Below the pieces are notes generated by a model. The model was not told where the DNA came from. It ran no database searches and saw only the letters and a program-made list of their open reading frames with translations. Made by a program: the position numbers and the translations under genes. Shown here piece after piece: positions 38,338 through 47,194 of a DNA stretch of 64,000 bases (the stretch's first letter is position 1; every line of letters starts with the position of its first letter). The stretch is from Dehalococcoidia bacterium (GTDB lineage: Bacteria; Chloroflexota; Dehalococcoidia; GIF9; UBA5629): contig DAOTVU010000060.1 of the NCBI GenBank assembly GCA_034436215.1, positions 5,994 to 69,993 of the forward strand, read 5' to 3'.

Positions 38338-40066
38338 AGAAGTTCTTTACCCCCTGTTGACCCAGTTTTTCGAGTATTTTTGCCCGCCGTTCTACCTCAG
38401 CATAAATACGGCGCTTCTTATGCGGTGGTATTCCCAGCTTGGGTGCGATTTTATGTTCGAGGATGTAGCTGTTGCCATCACCCGAGAAAATAAAAGTATC
38501 GGTAATAGGGTCCCAGCGAAATGCCTCCACAAAAGAGAATGATTGAGCTACGGGATCGTAGCCTACGATTTCGTTTATACTGGTCATGCGTCTGCCAGTT
38601 TTGCCGTTGGGCAACTTGACCGCCTGCTGGATAATGCAGATATTCAGGTTATCCATATAGGATTTGGGCACATTGATGGGTGAACCGGTAAGACGTTGAA
38701 TAAGCCTTTCAACCGAGGCGGCGTGGAAGGTGGCCATAACGGAGTGGCCGGTCTGCATTGCCTGAAAAGCAATTGCACCCTCAACACCACGGATTTCACC
38801 CACGATGATTTCATTGGGCCTCTGACGTAATGCAGCCTTGAGCAGATCGAACATCCCCACGCCCGCATCCCCCTCCTTGGTAGTCGAAACAACCTCTCTA
38901 ATCCAGTTCTGGTGCGGCACCTGAAGTTCCGGTGTGTCTTCGATAGAGACAATTTTGGCATTTGGATGGATGAAGGTAGTCACCGCATTAAGGGTAGTGG
39001 TTTTACCGGAAGCCGTTTCCCCGCAGACAAATACATTCATTCCTTCACCGATGGTAATGGACAGGTATGCCGCCATCTTATAATCAAGGGTACCCATATC
39101 GATAAGCTCGAGTATCGACAGCGGTGTCTCGCTGAATTTTCTGATGGTGAAATTGGAACCGCGTTTGGAAACATCGGTACCGTAAACGATATTGATACGC
39201 GAGCCGTCCGGCAGAGTAGCATCCACTATCGGGCTATGCACGCTGACCGGCTTTTTAATTCTCTCGGCCAGTCTCATGACAAATTGATCGAGGTCTTCAG
39301 ATGTAGAAAAATTGATTACCGTTTTCAGACTTTTAAAGATTTTGTGCTCAACGAAAATCACACCCATGCCGCTGCAGCTCACATCCTCGACATATTTATC
39401 ATACACGATGGGATCCAGCACACCCATGCCCACCTTATCCCGTATAATCAGATATTTAATTTCCTGTAACTGCCGGGGTGTCACTTCCAGCGGCCTTATC
39501 CTGTTATTGACTGATATCCTGTCCATGAGACCGATACCGCCTTTACCTTTGCCATTTACATTTCCTCTGAGGCCATTTCGCATACCCATTGGCGAAGGCT
39601 GGCTACCCTTGATAACACATATCTCATCGATACAGCGTGAAAATGCCTCTCTTTTTTCTTCCTCAGTTTTTATGGAAAAGTCACCCAGTCTATCAGACAT
39701 ATCCAGCAGGCGTTTCTCCACTTCAATTAAAAGATGATCGATGTTATGTGTTAATGTAGGTTCGATCGGGATGTATGTATTTCTGCCGTCTCCGTGATCG
39801 TAAATTATATGTGTAAATACACCATCTTTAACCGGATAAATAAGATTGGGATTGGGGGTTGAGCCCATGCTGCGTTCGAGCTTCTCATAATATTTAGGCA
39901 TACCGTAGTTATCTATGGGCACCAGTTGCAGATACTCCAGGAGGTGTGGGTTCTTTTGAACGACCTCCTGAGCCTGTTTGGATAGCAGACTGAGTATATT
40001 ACAGCTATCAGGCCTTTTCTTATTTTTAGCATCTGCTACAGGGAAAGGGAGTATAATTTCCGGCAT
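38288..40066 (-). CDS. arlI: ArlI/FlaI-like secretion-superfamily ATPase (type IV filament assembly motor)
   Basis: Walker A VCGETASGKTTTLNA, Asp/His boxes, IIVGEIRG Walker B. 592 aa with long N-terminal domain as in archaeal FlaI. Confidence 0.8.
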   Translation of the reverse strand: MPEIILPFPVADAKNKKRPDSCNILSLLSKQAQEVVQKNPHLLEYLQLVPIDNYGMPKYYEKLERSMGSTPNPNLIYPVKDGVFTHIIYDHGDGRNTYIPIEPTLTHNIDHLLIEVEKRLLDMSDRLGDFSIKTEEEKREAFSRCIDEICVIKGSQPSPMGMRNGLRGNVNGKGKGGIGLMDRISVNNRIRPLEVTPRQLQEIKYLIIRDKVGMGVLDPIVYDKYVEDVSCSGMGVIFVEHKIFKSLKTVINFSTSEDLDQFVMRLAERIKKPVSVHSPIVDATLPDGSRINIVYGTDVSKRGSNFTIRKFSETPLSILELIDMGTLDYKMAAYLSITIGEGMNVFVCGETASGKTTTLNAVTTFIHPNAKIVSIEDTPELQVPHQNWIREVVSTTKEGDAGVGMFDLLKAALRQRPNEIIVGEIRGVEGAIAFQAMQTGHSVMATFHAASVERLIQRLTGSPINVPKSYMDNLNICIIQQAVKLPNGKTGRRMTSINEIVGYDPVAQSFSFVEAFRWDPITDTFIFSGDGNSYILEHKIAPKLGIPPHKKRRIYAEVERRAKILEKLGQQGVKNFYDLLKVLAKAQREGLF

Positions 40067-40090
40067 TTTGACAATTCCTTGAAAATAATC

Positions 40091-40816
40091 TTAAGCCCTG
40101 GCCCTGCCGATCGGCATCACGCGCATGCCGATACCCGGATCGACATCAAAGCTCATGATATTACCGGTATTTTTATCGGCACCGCGTACTTTAGCCACTT
40201 CCAGCACCTTGACCAGCTTGTCACCTACCTCCTCGATACGCAATCTCAAGTGGGCATCACAAACCGATCTAATGCGTATCAATACCTGTTCATCAAACGC
40301 ATATGTATGCGTGATATTAATTATTGTCCTGCCACCATCGCAGAGCTTCTTGCACTGCTCAAAATAATCGATAATCTGTTCGGTGGACGTATGGGCTATA
40401 ACCGGTGTGAGGGAATCCACTACAATCAACTTGTAAGTCGGATATGCCATGACTCCGGCTATGATAGTTGAGAAAGTATTGACGGTTTTCATCTTCGACG
40501 GTTCGATAGTAAATATTTTGATCCATCCCAGCAATAACGGGTCGAGTATGCTCAAACCGAGGCTTTCCATCTGGCTGTGCAGACTTTTAACCGTATTTTC
40601 GGTTGTAAACAGCAGCACTTTATGACGCGCATTCAGGGCACCCCACATCATCTGCTGTGAAAGGACCGATTTACCAGCGTCCGACTGTCCTTCGATCAAT
40701 GTCAGTGACCCGACGGGGATCCCGCCGCCCAGTCTTTTATCGATCTCTGAGTGACCCGTACATATTATTTCGTCCTGCGATCGTTCTTCTTCATCCGATG
40801 CCAGTATCTTCGTCAT
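40091..40816 (-). CDS. arlH: ArlH/FlaH-like KaiC/RecA-superfamily ATP-binding protein
   Basis: 241 aa. GIPVGSLTLIEGQSDAGKSVLSQQM Walker A in the FlaH arrangement. Located between arlG and arlI. Confidence 0.7.
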   Translation of the reverse strand: MTKILASDEEERSQDEIICTGHSEIDKRLGGGIPVGSLTLIEGQSDAGKSVLSQQMMWGALNARHKVLLFTTENTVKSLHSQMESLGLSILDPLLLGWIKIFTIEPSKMKTVNTFSTIIAGVMAYPTYKLIVVDSLTPVIAHTSTEQIIDYFEQCKKLCDGGRTIINITHTYAFDEQVLIRIRSVCDAHLRLRIEEVGDKLVKVLEVAKVRGADKNTGNIMSFDVDPGIGMRVMPIGRARA

Positions 40817-40976
40817 GTCAGCCTCGTATCCGTATAATCATTACCTTCACCATCCAAACGTAGCCTGGCTTTTCACGCCGTTGGGCGCAACCACTGTGAC
40901 CAGATTGGTGGTATTTTCTGTAACTGCCGGGCTTAGGTTTAGGGTTATTCTCATAGTTTCACCCGGATTCAAAATG

Positions 40977-41345
40977 TCAGGCTCGTAAATTTCCGGCTTC
41001 CCCTGGAAAAAAAAAGCCGGCCGTTACCCATCCCGGGATGGCAGTCCCATAGGGAATCCACAGGGTATCGCCATCCTGGTAACGTACGATTACATCCCAT
41101 TTAGAATAGTTATACAGGTCCGCTTTACCGGTATTCTGGATATCGACGTTGACCACAGACCCTCTGCTCAGTGTGGAGGTGGCGGTACAACTTATATTCG
41201 AATCGATCATGTTACGTGTAATCGATTCCTCGGTCCGCAGTGCCTCAGAAATACTGTTCACAGCGTTGAGTGTGCTGGTTGCAACCGACACCGCACCGAT
41301 AATTAATAAAGCAATGCACACAAGTGAGATAGCGAAATTCTCCAT
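40977..41345 (-). CDS. ArlG/ArlF-like N-terminally anchored beta-sandwich protein, probably truncated by a frameshift at an A9/T9 homopolymer (true end likely ~40847)
   Basis: N-terminal TM MENFAISLVCIALLIIGAV. ORF ends just after FFF (T9). +1 frame continues 52 codons open with protein-like sequence up to 40847. Confidence 0.45.
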   Translation of the reverse strand: MENFAISLVCIALLIIGAVSVATSTLNAVNSISEALRTEESITRNMIDSNISCTATSTLSRGSVVNVDIQNTGKADLYNYSKWDVIVRYQDGDTLWIPYGTAIPGWVTAGFFFPGEAGNLRA

Positions 41346-41821
41346 GGCACTCCAATACTCGTACTGTAAATTTCCTGGTCGGTTATACCGTTGGGCAGTA
41401 CAAACTTCAGATAATACGATCCGGACGGCGCAGAATTTAAATATATGGTGATCTTAATGGTAGCTGTGGGTTCCCAGGCGGAAGCATTTTCGATAATATA
41501 ATTCCAGCACGGTCTGCTTGATGCCAGCGCATCATAAGGTATCCTGCTGAAATCGCCTTCAGGCCCGAAAAACAGGTCGCTTTTATCAATGCCCAGTATA
41601 CGCGTCACCCCCACGTTTTTAACCCAGACGTAAACATTATTTCCGCTATCTGAAACTTCTATAATTTCGATTTTCGACCGGATTTTGTCATCGATTTTAC
41701 CCGTAGCCTCTGCGATAGCCCCTGTGCTGTCCATAATAGCCGGGAATATCGCATTAACCACCACCATACAGCACACCACACCGCCGATTATAAGTAGAAG
41801 CGTAACTATTACCTTATCCAC
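41303..41821 (-). CDS. ArlF/ArlG-like N-terminally anchored protein
   Basis: N-terminal TM LLLIIGGVVCCMVVV then beta-rich domain (VYVWVKNVG). Synteny between archaellin and arlH. Confidence 0.45.
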   Translation of the reverse strand: MDKVIVTLLLIIGGVVCCMVVVNAIFPAIMDSTGAIAEATGKIDDKIRSKIEIIEVSDSGNNVYVWVKNVGVTRILGIDKSDLFFGPEGDFSRIPYDALASSRPCWNYIIENASAWEPTATIKITIYLNSAPSGSYYLKFVLPNGITDQEIYSTSIGVPWRISLSHLCALLY

Positions 41822-42776
41822 GGGCTGACTCCTTCATCATAGACAGTACCGACAGCAGGGCATTATCCTGACCGGGTGAGCCGCCCATGAGGCTTTCCAG
41901 CTGTGCCAGCGTTGCCAGATAATCGGTAGCGGTTGGAGTCTGTCCGTTAGCCTCGTAGCGAGAAATGCGTATCATGCGTATCATCACATCTCTTAATTTT
42001 TCGGGTATTCTGCCCATAGCGGTAGACATTTCAACCAGTGCTTCCGTCCGGTCTTTGCCCAGCTTGGCTGTTGCCTGATCCACCCATTGAGTTAAGCCAG
42101 CTATAACCACCAGGTCGGCTCTGGTACCAACGGTAGAGCTGGCAAGGTTCTTTTTCTTTCCTCCACGTCCTGTTAAGCTCTTTGATGCCCGTCTATCCTC
42201 CTGATCTTCATCTTCCTCGTCAGCCTCCTCATGGAGTTCCATTTCCTCCTCGACTTCCATCTCTCTTTTCTTCCTGCTGCGCGAGCTTTTGGCTTTCTGA
42301 GCAGGTTCTGCGTCCTCTTCATCTTCCGTACGCAACTCGGTCTGAACCCCGGCTGACGATACCGGTCCGGATGACGGCCCCGGGCCGGCGGCTTCACCCA
42401 TACCTGCCTGTAAGCCGGGTTTATCCAATTTTCCTGTCAGATCGGGAAAAGGTTTACCGAAACTCATATCCGGCGTATCCTCAACAGGAGCAGGAGACAG
42501 CTGGTCGTTTTCTCCAATATCCACTTCCTCCTGGCTCACCTCTTCTGGATTATCCTTGATATCCGGGCTGACACCGGCAGGTGGCGTGCCGGTATTGGCC
42601 ACCAGGGCATTAAAGGGGTTCTGGATGTTCAAATATTGCTCTCTGATATCGAGCAGGATGGTTTTTACCTCGTTCTTCAGAATTTTCACTTCTTCTTCGA
42701 GCAATTTTATGCGCTGTTCTTCGTTCATGTTTTTCCCCTTTTTACAGTGGGCATCCGCTTTGCCGCGGATGCCCAC
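41814..42776 (-). CDS. Coiled-coil / acidic low-complexity protein with conserved C-terminal ~110-aa domain (candidate archaellum switch/stator-side component, ArlCDE/ArlX position)
   Basis: N-terminal heptad-like EEQRIKLLEEEVKILKNEVKTILLDIREQ. Long E/D-rich linker. Globular C-terminus. Confidence 0.4.
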   Translation of the reverse strand: MGIRGKADAHCKKGKNMNEEQRIKLLEEEVKILKNEVKTILLDIREQYLNIQNPFNALVANTGTPPAGVSPDIKDNPEEVSQEEVDIGENDQLSPAPVEDTPDMSFGKPFPDLTGKLDKPGLQAGMGEAAGPGPSSGPVSSAGVQTELRTEDEEDAEPAQKAKSSRSRKKREMEVEEEMELHEEADEEDEDQEDRRASKSLTGRGGKKKNLASSTVGTRADLVVIAGLTQWVDQATAKLGKDRTEALVEMSTAMGRIPEKLRDVMIRMIRISRYEANGQTPTATDYLATLAQLESLMGGSPGQDNALLSVLSMMKESARG

Positions 42777-42815
42777 CTTTCACATTACCACCTGTAAATC
42801 AATCGTCTTCAGTGA

Positions 42816-43430
42816 TTAGTGCAAATCCATAACCTTATTAAGAGAAGGCGGCAGTGTCCTCTGTACGGTGATGGTGGAGCCCAGGGACGGTTTAACCTGC
42901 AGGTTAAATGTATCATTGGCAGTCAGGTTTTCGGAAAGGGATTTATTATCGCCCAGATCAAACAGATCGATGGTTATTTCAAACTGCTCACCCTGCTCCA
43001 GCAGGTTGTTGCTGTTGGCTTTACCTATAGCAATTTTGCTCCATTTGACGTTATTGAGATAATCGTTCTTGGTTGTAAGGCTGATCACCGTCTTATTGGT
43101 TGCACTGGAAGTTCCGTCGCACTCGGTTAGATCGATAGGATTACCGGCAATAGCATTTTTAACCGTGAAGAGGATATATCTAACGTTTGTTTCGTCATCA
43201 CTCTTGGCCAGTACCGAGCCGGATAATTCCATATTGCTCTTGGCTTCCTCGAGGCCGGCATAGATGGTTTCCTTGCCTCTTTCGGCTGAGAAGAGGCCTG
43301 CGCTCAACACGGCATAGCCGAACACTGCTGCCACAGTGACGAAGGCAATAAGGATGATGGCGGTCTCGAGACCGGTCATACCTTTTTCACCTCTGTGCAG
43401 CTTTTCCATGGCTTTCATTAACTTCGACAT
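42816..43430 (-). CDS. arlB: Archaellin (ArlB/FlaB-type class III signal peptide filament subunit)
   Basis: MSKLMKAMEKLHRGEKG|MTGLETAIILIAFVTVAAVFGYAVLSAG : basic leader, KG cleavage site, conserved hydrophobic N-terminal helix. ATG with AAGGAGGAAAAA SD. Confidence 0.75.
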   Translation of the reverse strand: MSKLMKAMEKLHRGEKGMTGLETAIILIAFVTVAAVFGYAVLSAGLFSAERGKETIYAGLEEAKSNMELSGSVLAKSDDETNVRYILFTVKNAIAGNPIDLTECDGTSSATNKTVISLTTKNDYLNNVKWSKIAIGKANSNNLLEQGEQFEITIDLFDLGDNKSLSENLTANDTFNLQVKPSLGSTITVQRTLPPSLNKVMDLH

Positions 43431-43611
43431 TTTTTCCTCCTTTTCTTGGCTTTAATCTTTTGAATTTTGCGTTTTTCTTTTTAAAACCCTGAATCAAACA
43501 ATATTTACGCTTCCCCGGATAGGCATTCACCTCCTGCGCATTTTGTTATACGGCATTCATTTTGAACTTACCTGCACCTCCTTATCTGAACTCAAATAAA
43601 TCATTTCCAAC

Positions 43612-44076
43612 TCAAAGTTTTACCAGTGTAAAGTGACTCCCCTGCTGGAAGAGCACCATCCTCCACAGATGAACGATGCGGATGGCTCCGATTAAGTCGT
43701 TGCGGCCCACGTCTCCGGTCAGAAAGCCGGAAGCCCCATTCTCGATGGCCGGCACCAGGAAATCCTGCTCATCATTTAAAACAATGATGCCTACCTGGGG
43801 AGAATTCTCTTTTATATGAGAGATTACCCTGGTGCTGTCCATTCCCCGTAAGCCGCCGTCCAGAATCACGATATCCGGCATTACCTTCATCACCAAATCC
43901 AGGACTTCTTTACCGTTGCGTGCCTCGCCAACCACCTTAATACTGTCGTCTCCGGCCAGCATATGTCTGATTCCCTCCCGCATGGCCTCACTGCTGTCTG
44001 CTACCACCACACGTATTGCGTCATCAACAACACTCACACCGGCTTCTGGGTATATATCTGATGACCGCGTTATCAT
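43612..44076 (-). CDS. Stand-alone receiver (REC) domain protein with atypical active-site residues
   Basis: VVVADSSEAMREGIRHML...DIVILDGGLRGMD (phospho-Asp present, acidic pocket ADS instead of DD, Lys replaced). Confidence 0.6.
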   Translation of the reverse strand: MITRSSDIYPEAGVSVVDDAIRVVVADSSEAMREGIRHMLAGDDSIKVVGEARNGKEVLDLVMKVMPDIVILDGGLRGMDSTRVISHIKENSPQVGIIVLNDEQDFLVPAIENGASGFLTGDVGRNDLIGAIRIVHLWRMVLFQQGSHFTLVKL

Positions 44077-44255
44077 GACCCTCCTCAGTTCTCCTTAGTT
44101 TCACATACAGCAATCGCTGTTATGCTATATTTTGGCATTAAGAGCAGGAAGCTGTAAGTCCCAAACGGTTTCAGTCCGGTGACCGTTTTAGCTCAAACTT
44201 TTGACACCTTACCGGTAGCCGGCAGTAGCATATGAAATTGAGGATAATTGACCAA

Positions 44256-44285
44256 CAAAAAAGGCCCCGATGGGGCCCTATTTTC
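44256..44285 (-). terminator. Rho-independent terminator (GGCCCCGATGGGGCC flanked by A-run/T-run, bidirectional)
   Basis: AAAAAAGGCCCCGATGGGGCCCTATTTT 21 nt after the NarL-family gene stop. Confidence 0.65.
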
Positions 44286-44305
44286 ATGATGGTAGCATTT
44301 ATAAA

Positions 44306-44950
44306 TCACAACAGATTTCTGCGGTAGGCTTCGGCTACCGCCTGTGTACGATCAACCGCATCCAGTTTGGCGAATATCGTATTTGTTTCTCGTTTGATGG
44401 TCGCTTCGCTAACACATAATTTGGCTGCGATTTCCCTGTTGGTGACTCCGGCCGCAATAAGCCTTAGTATATCCAGTTGCCGCGGGGACAGGAGCGAATT
44501 ACGGCTGAGCTGGGCTACATTGCCGAACTGTGTAAAAAGCGTTCGGGTTATCGAAGGAGCAAACGGTGACTGTCCTTCATAGGCCAGTTTAATGGACCTG
44601 GAAAGGTCTTCCCGGCCGATATCTTTGAGCAGGTAACCTACAGCTCCCGCCTCGGCGGCCTGTGCCAGATATTTATCCTCGTAAACCGTTAAAATAATTA
44701 TATTTGCCCGGCAGTTCCTTGACTTTAATTGGCGGGTAGCTTCTATTCCTCCCATCCCGGGCATACGCACATCCATTAAAATAATATCCGGATCATATTC
44801 TTCGGCCTTGATAATCGCTTCTTCGCCCGATTTGGCTTCACCCACGACCTCGATCTCACCATCCAGCTCGAGCATACGACGCAGGCCTTCACGCACAAGC
44901 TGCTGGTCATCTACCAGCATCACCCTGATCTGCTTATCCGTCTTACTCAT
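44306..44950 (-). CDS. NarL/FixJ-family response regulator (REC + LuxR HTH)
   Basis: [16 protein letters not shown]...[15 protein letters not shown]-terminal [33 protein letters not shown]. Confidence 0.85.
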   Translation of the reverse strand: MSKTDKQIRVMLVDDQQLVREGLRRMLELDGEIEVVGEAKSGEEAIIKAEEYDPDIILMDVRMPGMGGIEATRQLKSRNCRANIIILTVYEDKYLAQAAEAGAVGYLLKDIGREDLSRSIKLAYEGQSPFAPSITRTLFTQFGNVAQLSRNSLLSPRQLDILRLIAAGVTNREIAAKLCVSEATIKRETNTIFAKLDAVDRTQAVAEAYRRNLL

Positions 44951-46538
44951 CCGTACCTATCACCGATGCAATATGTTTCACATCACCTGTTATCATCAGC
45001 GGCAACTGCACAAATATCTTCGTGCCTTCGCCCGGTGCCGTCTGTATCTCAAATTTGCCCCCGAGCATTTCCGCCCTCTCTTTCATCGTAATCAATCCGA
45101 TACTGCTCTTAGCCACCTTATCACTGAGTGCAAAGGCCAGGTCAAAACCCTGCCCATCATCTGTTACTTCAACTATGACATATTCTAAATCAAATTTCAA
45201 AACCAGGTCAACGTGTGAAGCACCAGCATGCTTTCGAATATTGTTCATAGCTTCGAGAATTATACGATAAATACTTACTTCCTGTATTAGCGATAGTGAA
45301 TCCATGCTGCCAATGATGCGGAAATCGCAGAACGCGCCGTTTTCACGGTTAAAACTTTCCACATATCGTCGCAATGCTTCGATCAGCCCCAGTTCAGCCA
45401 GCGCGATGGGATGCAGGTCGAGTATTATGCGCCTCAGCTCTTTCACGCTCTGTGTAAGAATATCATTGGTCCGTTTTATCTCATTAAGCGTATCTTCCTG
45501 GCGCTGACTGTTGAGAAAAGCCTCACACAGCTGTAAGCCATAGGAAGCGCTGACCAGCCATTGTGCCAGGCCATCATGCAGTTCGGACGAAATACGCCTG
45601 CGTTCATCTTCCTGTGCCGTCAGCGATTTCTTGAGGAACCTCTCCAGATTCCTCTGCTGCAGCCTTATGTTCTCAAAAAGGGTGGCGTTTTCAATAGCGA
45701 TAGCCGCCTGTCCCGCCAGGATATACAACAACTCGAGGTCACCTTCAGTAAACGGAGTACGAGATGTGATTTTACTGCAGTTAATCACGCCGATAACCTT
45801 CTTTTTAAGCAGCAACGGCACGCACAGAGATGATGCGATGCTGGAATTACCGCTCATGTTTATCTGTCTGGCTTCACCGTTAAGCAGAATTGCCCGGCCG
45901 GTATCAACCACAGACCAGGCTATGCTATCGTTGGATAAGTCCTCGGCTCTGCCGATAAATTCGCCGGGTAATCCTATGGCTGCCTTGATAACCAGCTGCT
46001 GTGTCTCGTCATCCAGCAGCATAAGCGATACACGGTCAGCTCTCGTTTCAATACACACCAGATTAACGATTCTGCTGAATATCTTCTGGGCATCCAGCTC
46101 AGAAACCAGTGATTTATTCAGCTCAAACAGCGGCAGCAGAGTTTTGAGCCGCATGTTTTCCTTGGCAAGCCTGCTCCTCTGAAGGACTTCTTCCACCACT
46201 TTTTTCAGGTTAGCATCATCCACCGGTTTTTCCAGAATCGACTGAGCCCCTGCCTGGAAAGCTTTTATAATCGCATCCGGCGGATCATTCTGCGTCATAA
46301 TGATAATGCCTATTTCCGGGCTGATAAAACGGGCACGCTGAAAGACTTCAAGACAGTTTCCCTGCGGCAGTGAAAGACTGTATATGAGGACATCTATACT
46401 TTTTTTCTGCATAATCGAAAGTGCTTCCGCGCCCGAACCCGTTTTTATAACAGAAAATCCCTCCTCTGACAGCACGTTTTTAACGGTCGTCAGTGTAGAT
46501 CGATCGTCATCGACCAGCAGTATGTTCTCTTTATACAT
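44943..46538 (-). CDS. Hybrid sensor: N-terminal REC + GAF + HisKA_3/HATPase histidine kinase (NarX-type)
   Basis: [11 protein letters not shown]...[14 protein letters not shown] core. H-box [10 protein letters not shown]. ATPase GDGQGFD. Overlaps the RR gene by 8 nt. Confidence 0.75.
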   Translation of the reverse strand: MYKENILLVDDDRSTLTTVKNVLSEEGFSVIKTGSGAEALSIMQKKSIDVLIYSLSLPQGNCLEVFQRARFISPEIGIIIMTQNDPPDAIIKAFQAGAQSILEKPVDDANLKKVVEEVLQRSRLAKENMRLKTLLPLFELNKSLVSELDAQKIFSRIVNLVCIETRADRVSLMLLDDETQQLVIKAAIGLPGEFIGRAEDLSNDSIAWSVVDTGRAILLNGEARQINMSGNSSIASSLCVPLLLKKKVIGVINCSKITSRTPFTEGDLELLYILAGQAAIAIENATLFENIRLQQRNLERFLKKSLTAQEDERRRISSELHDGLAQWLVSASYGLQLCEAFLNSQRQEDTLNEIKRTNDILTQSVKELRRIILDLHPIALAELGLIEALRRYVESFNRENGAFCDFRIIGSMDSLSLIQEVSIYRIILEAMNNIRKHAGASHVDLVLKFDLEYVIVEVTDDGQGFDLAFALSDKVAKSSIGLITMKERAEMLGGKFEIQTAPGEGTKIFVQLPLMITGDVKHIASVIGTDE

Positions 46539-46598
46539 TCACAAATTAAAAACTATATTAATCAAATCACGAGAAGTTATCAATACCCGCATGCGGGT

Positions 46599-47162
46599 TT
46601 ATTTTTTCTTCGGCCACCACCCCCACCAGTTTTCCTGTCCGCATTTGGTGCATTTAACCTTTACGGCAACCACACCCACAGATCCGCAGGCGCTGCAGGT
46701 GAATACTTTGCTCAAATTATATCCGGCCGTGCCGCGCAATCCTTCTGAAATCACCTCCACCTGACTGCTCACGTTCTGTATCTGCTGTATGGCTGCTTTC
46801 AAAGCGGCCGGATTCACCTGTGCGGTCTGGTTTTTACCGCTTCCATCGAGTTTTGCCACCATCGCTTCAAGCCTGGAAACACGGTTGGCCAGTTCGCCCA
46901 GCCTCTCATACAAAGCATTGATATCGCCGGCGGCGATACACTCCTCATGGTGATGCCCCCCACCAGGAGGTGCTTCAGGCATGCTCTTTACCCTGGTCAC
47001 ACTCACCTGCTGAACATCGGAGGCCGTCGCCTGAGATGCCGGAATTACCTTGGGAGCAGGCGCCGCAGATACCACCTTGTGCGCGGGAGCAGGCTTACCC
47101 GGTGTTTTGGAAAACATCGCATCTATTTCTTCCTGGGTTAGCATCCTGCTTGTATCATCCAT
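46599..47162 (-). CDS. Small protein with FliM-N-terminus-like CheY-binding motif (LTQEEIDAMF), coiled coil and C-terminal CxxC...CxxC zinc ribbon
   Basis: ATG at 47162 with GGGGA SD (ORF-track start at 47186 is a TTG). MDDTSRMLTQEEIDAMFSK ~ FliM/FliY LSQxEIDALL. C-terminus CSACGSVGVVAVKVKCTKCG. Confidence 0.5.
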   Translation of the reverse strand: MDDTSRMLTQEEIDAMFSKTPGKPAPAHKVVSAAPAPKVIPASQATASDVQQVSVTRVKSMPEAPPGGGHHHEECIAAGDINALYERLGELANRVSRLEAMVAKLDGSGKNQTAQVNPAALKAAIQQIQNVSSQVEVISEGLRGTAGYNLSKVFTCSACGSVGVVAVKVKCTKCGQENWWGWWPKKK

Positions 47163-47194
47163 AGTATATCCCCGTTTAAATATCAATCACCTTT

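Noticed and set aside
36766-40066. Calling arlI/arlJ a bacterial Tad (CpaF/TadBC) pilus system
   Set aside because: Presence of a FlaH-like KaiC-family gene, ArlF/G-like anchored beta proteins and an archaellin-type (not Flp-type) subunit in conserved archaellum order argues for an archaellum-type machine. Needs phylogeny to be certain.
34312-43430. Interpretation of the window as archaeal DNA
   Set aside because: Same contig encodes bacterial-specific DnaE-type PolIII alpha, PlsY, TolB-like protein, PilD with bacterial Zn module, NarL/LuxR regulators and HD-GYP proteins. SD-type RBSs throughout.
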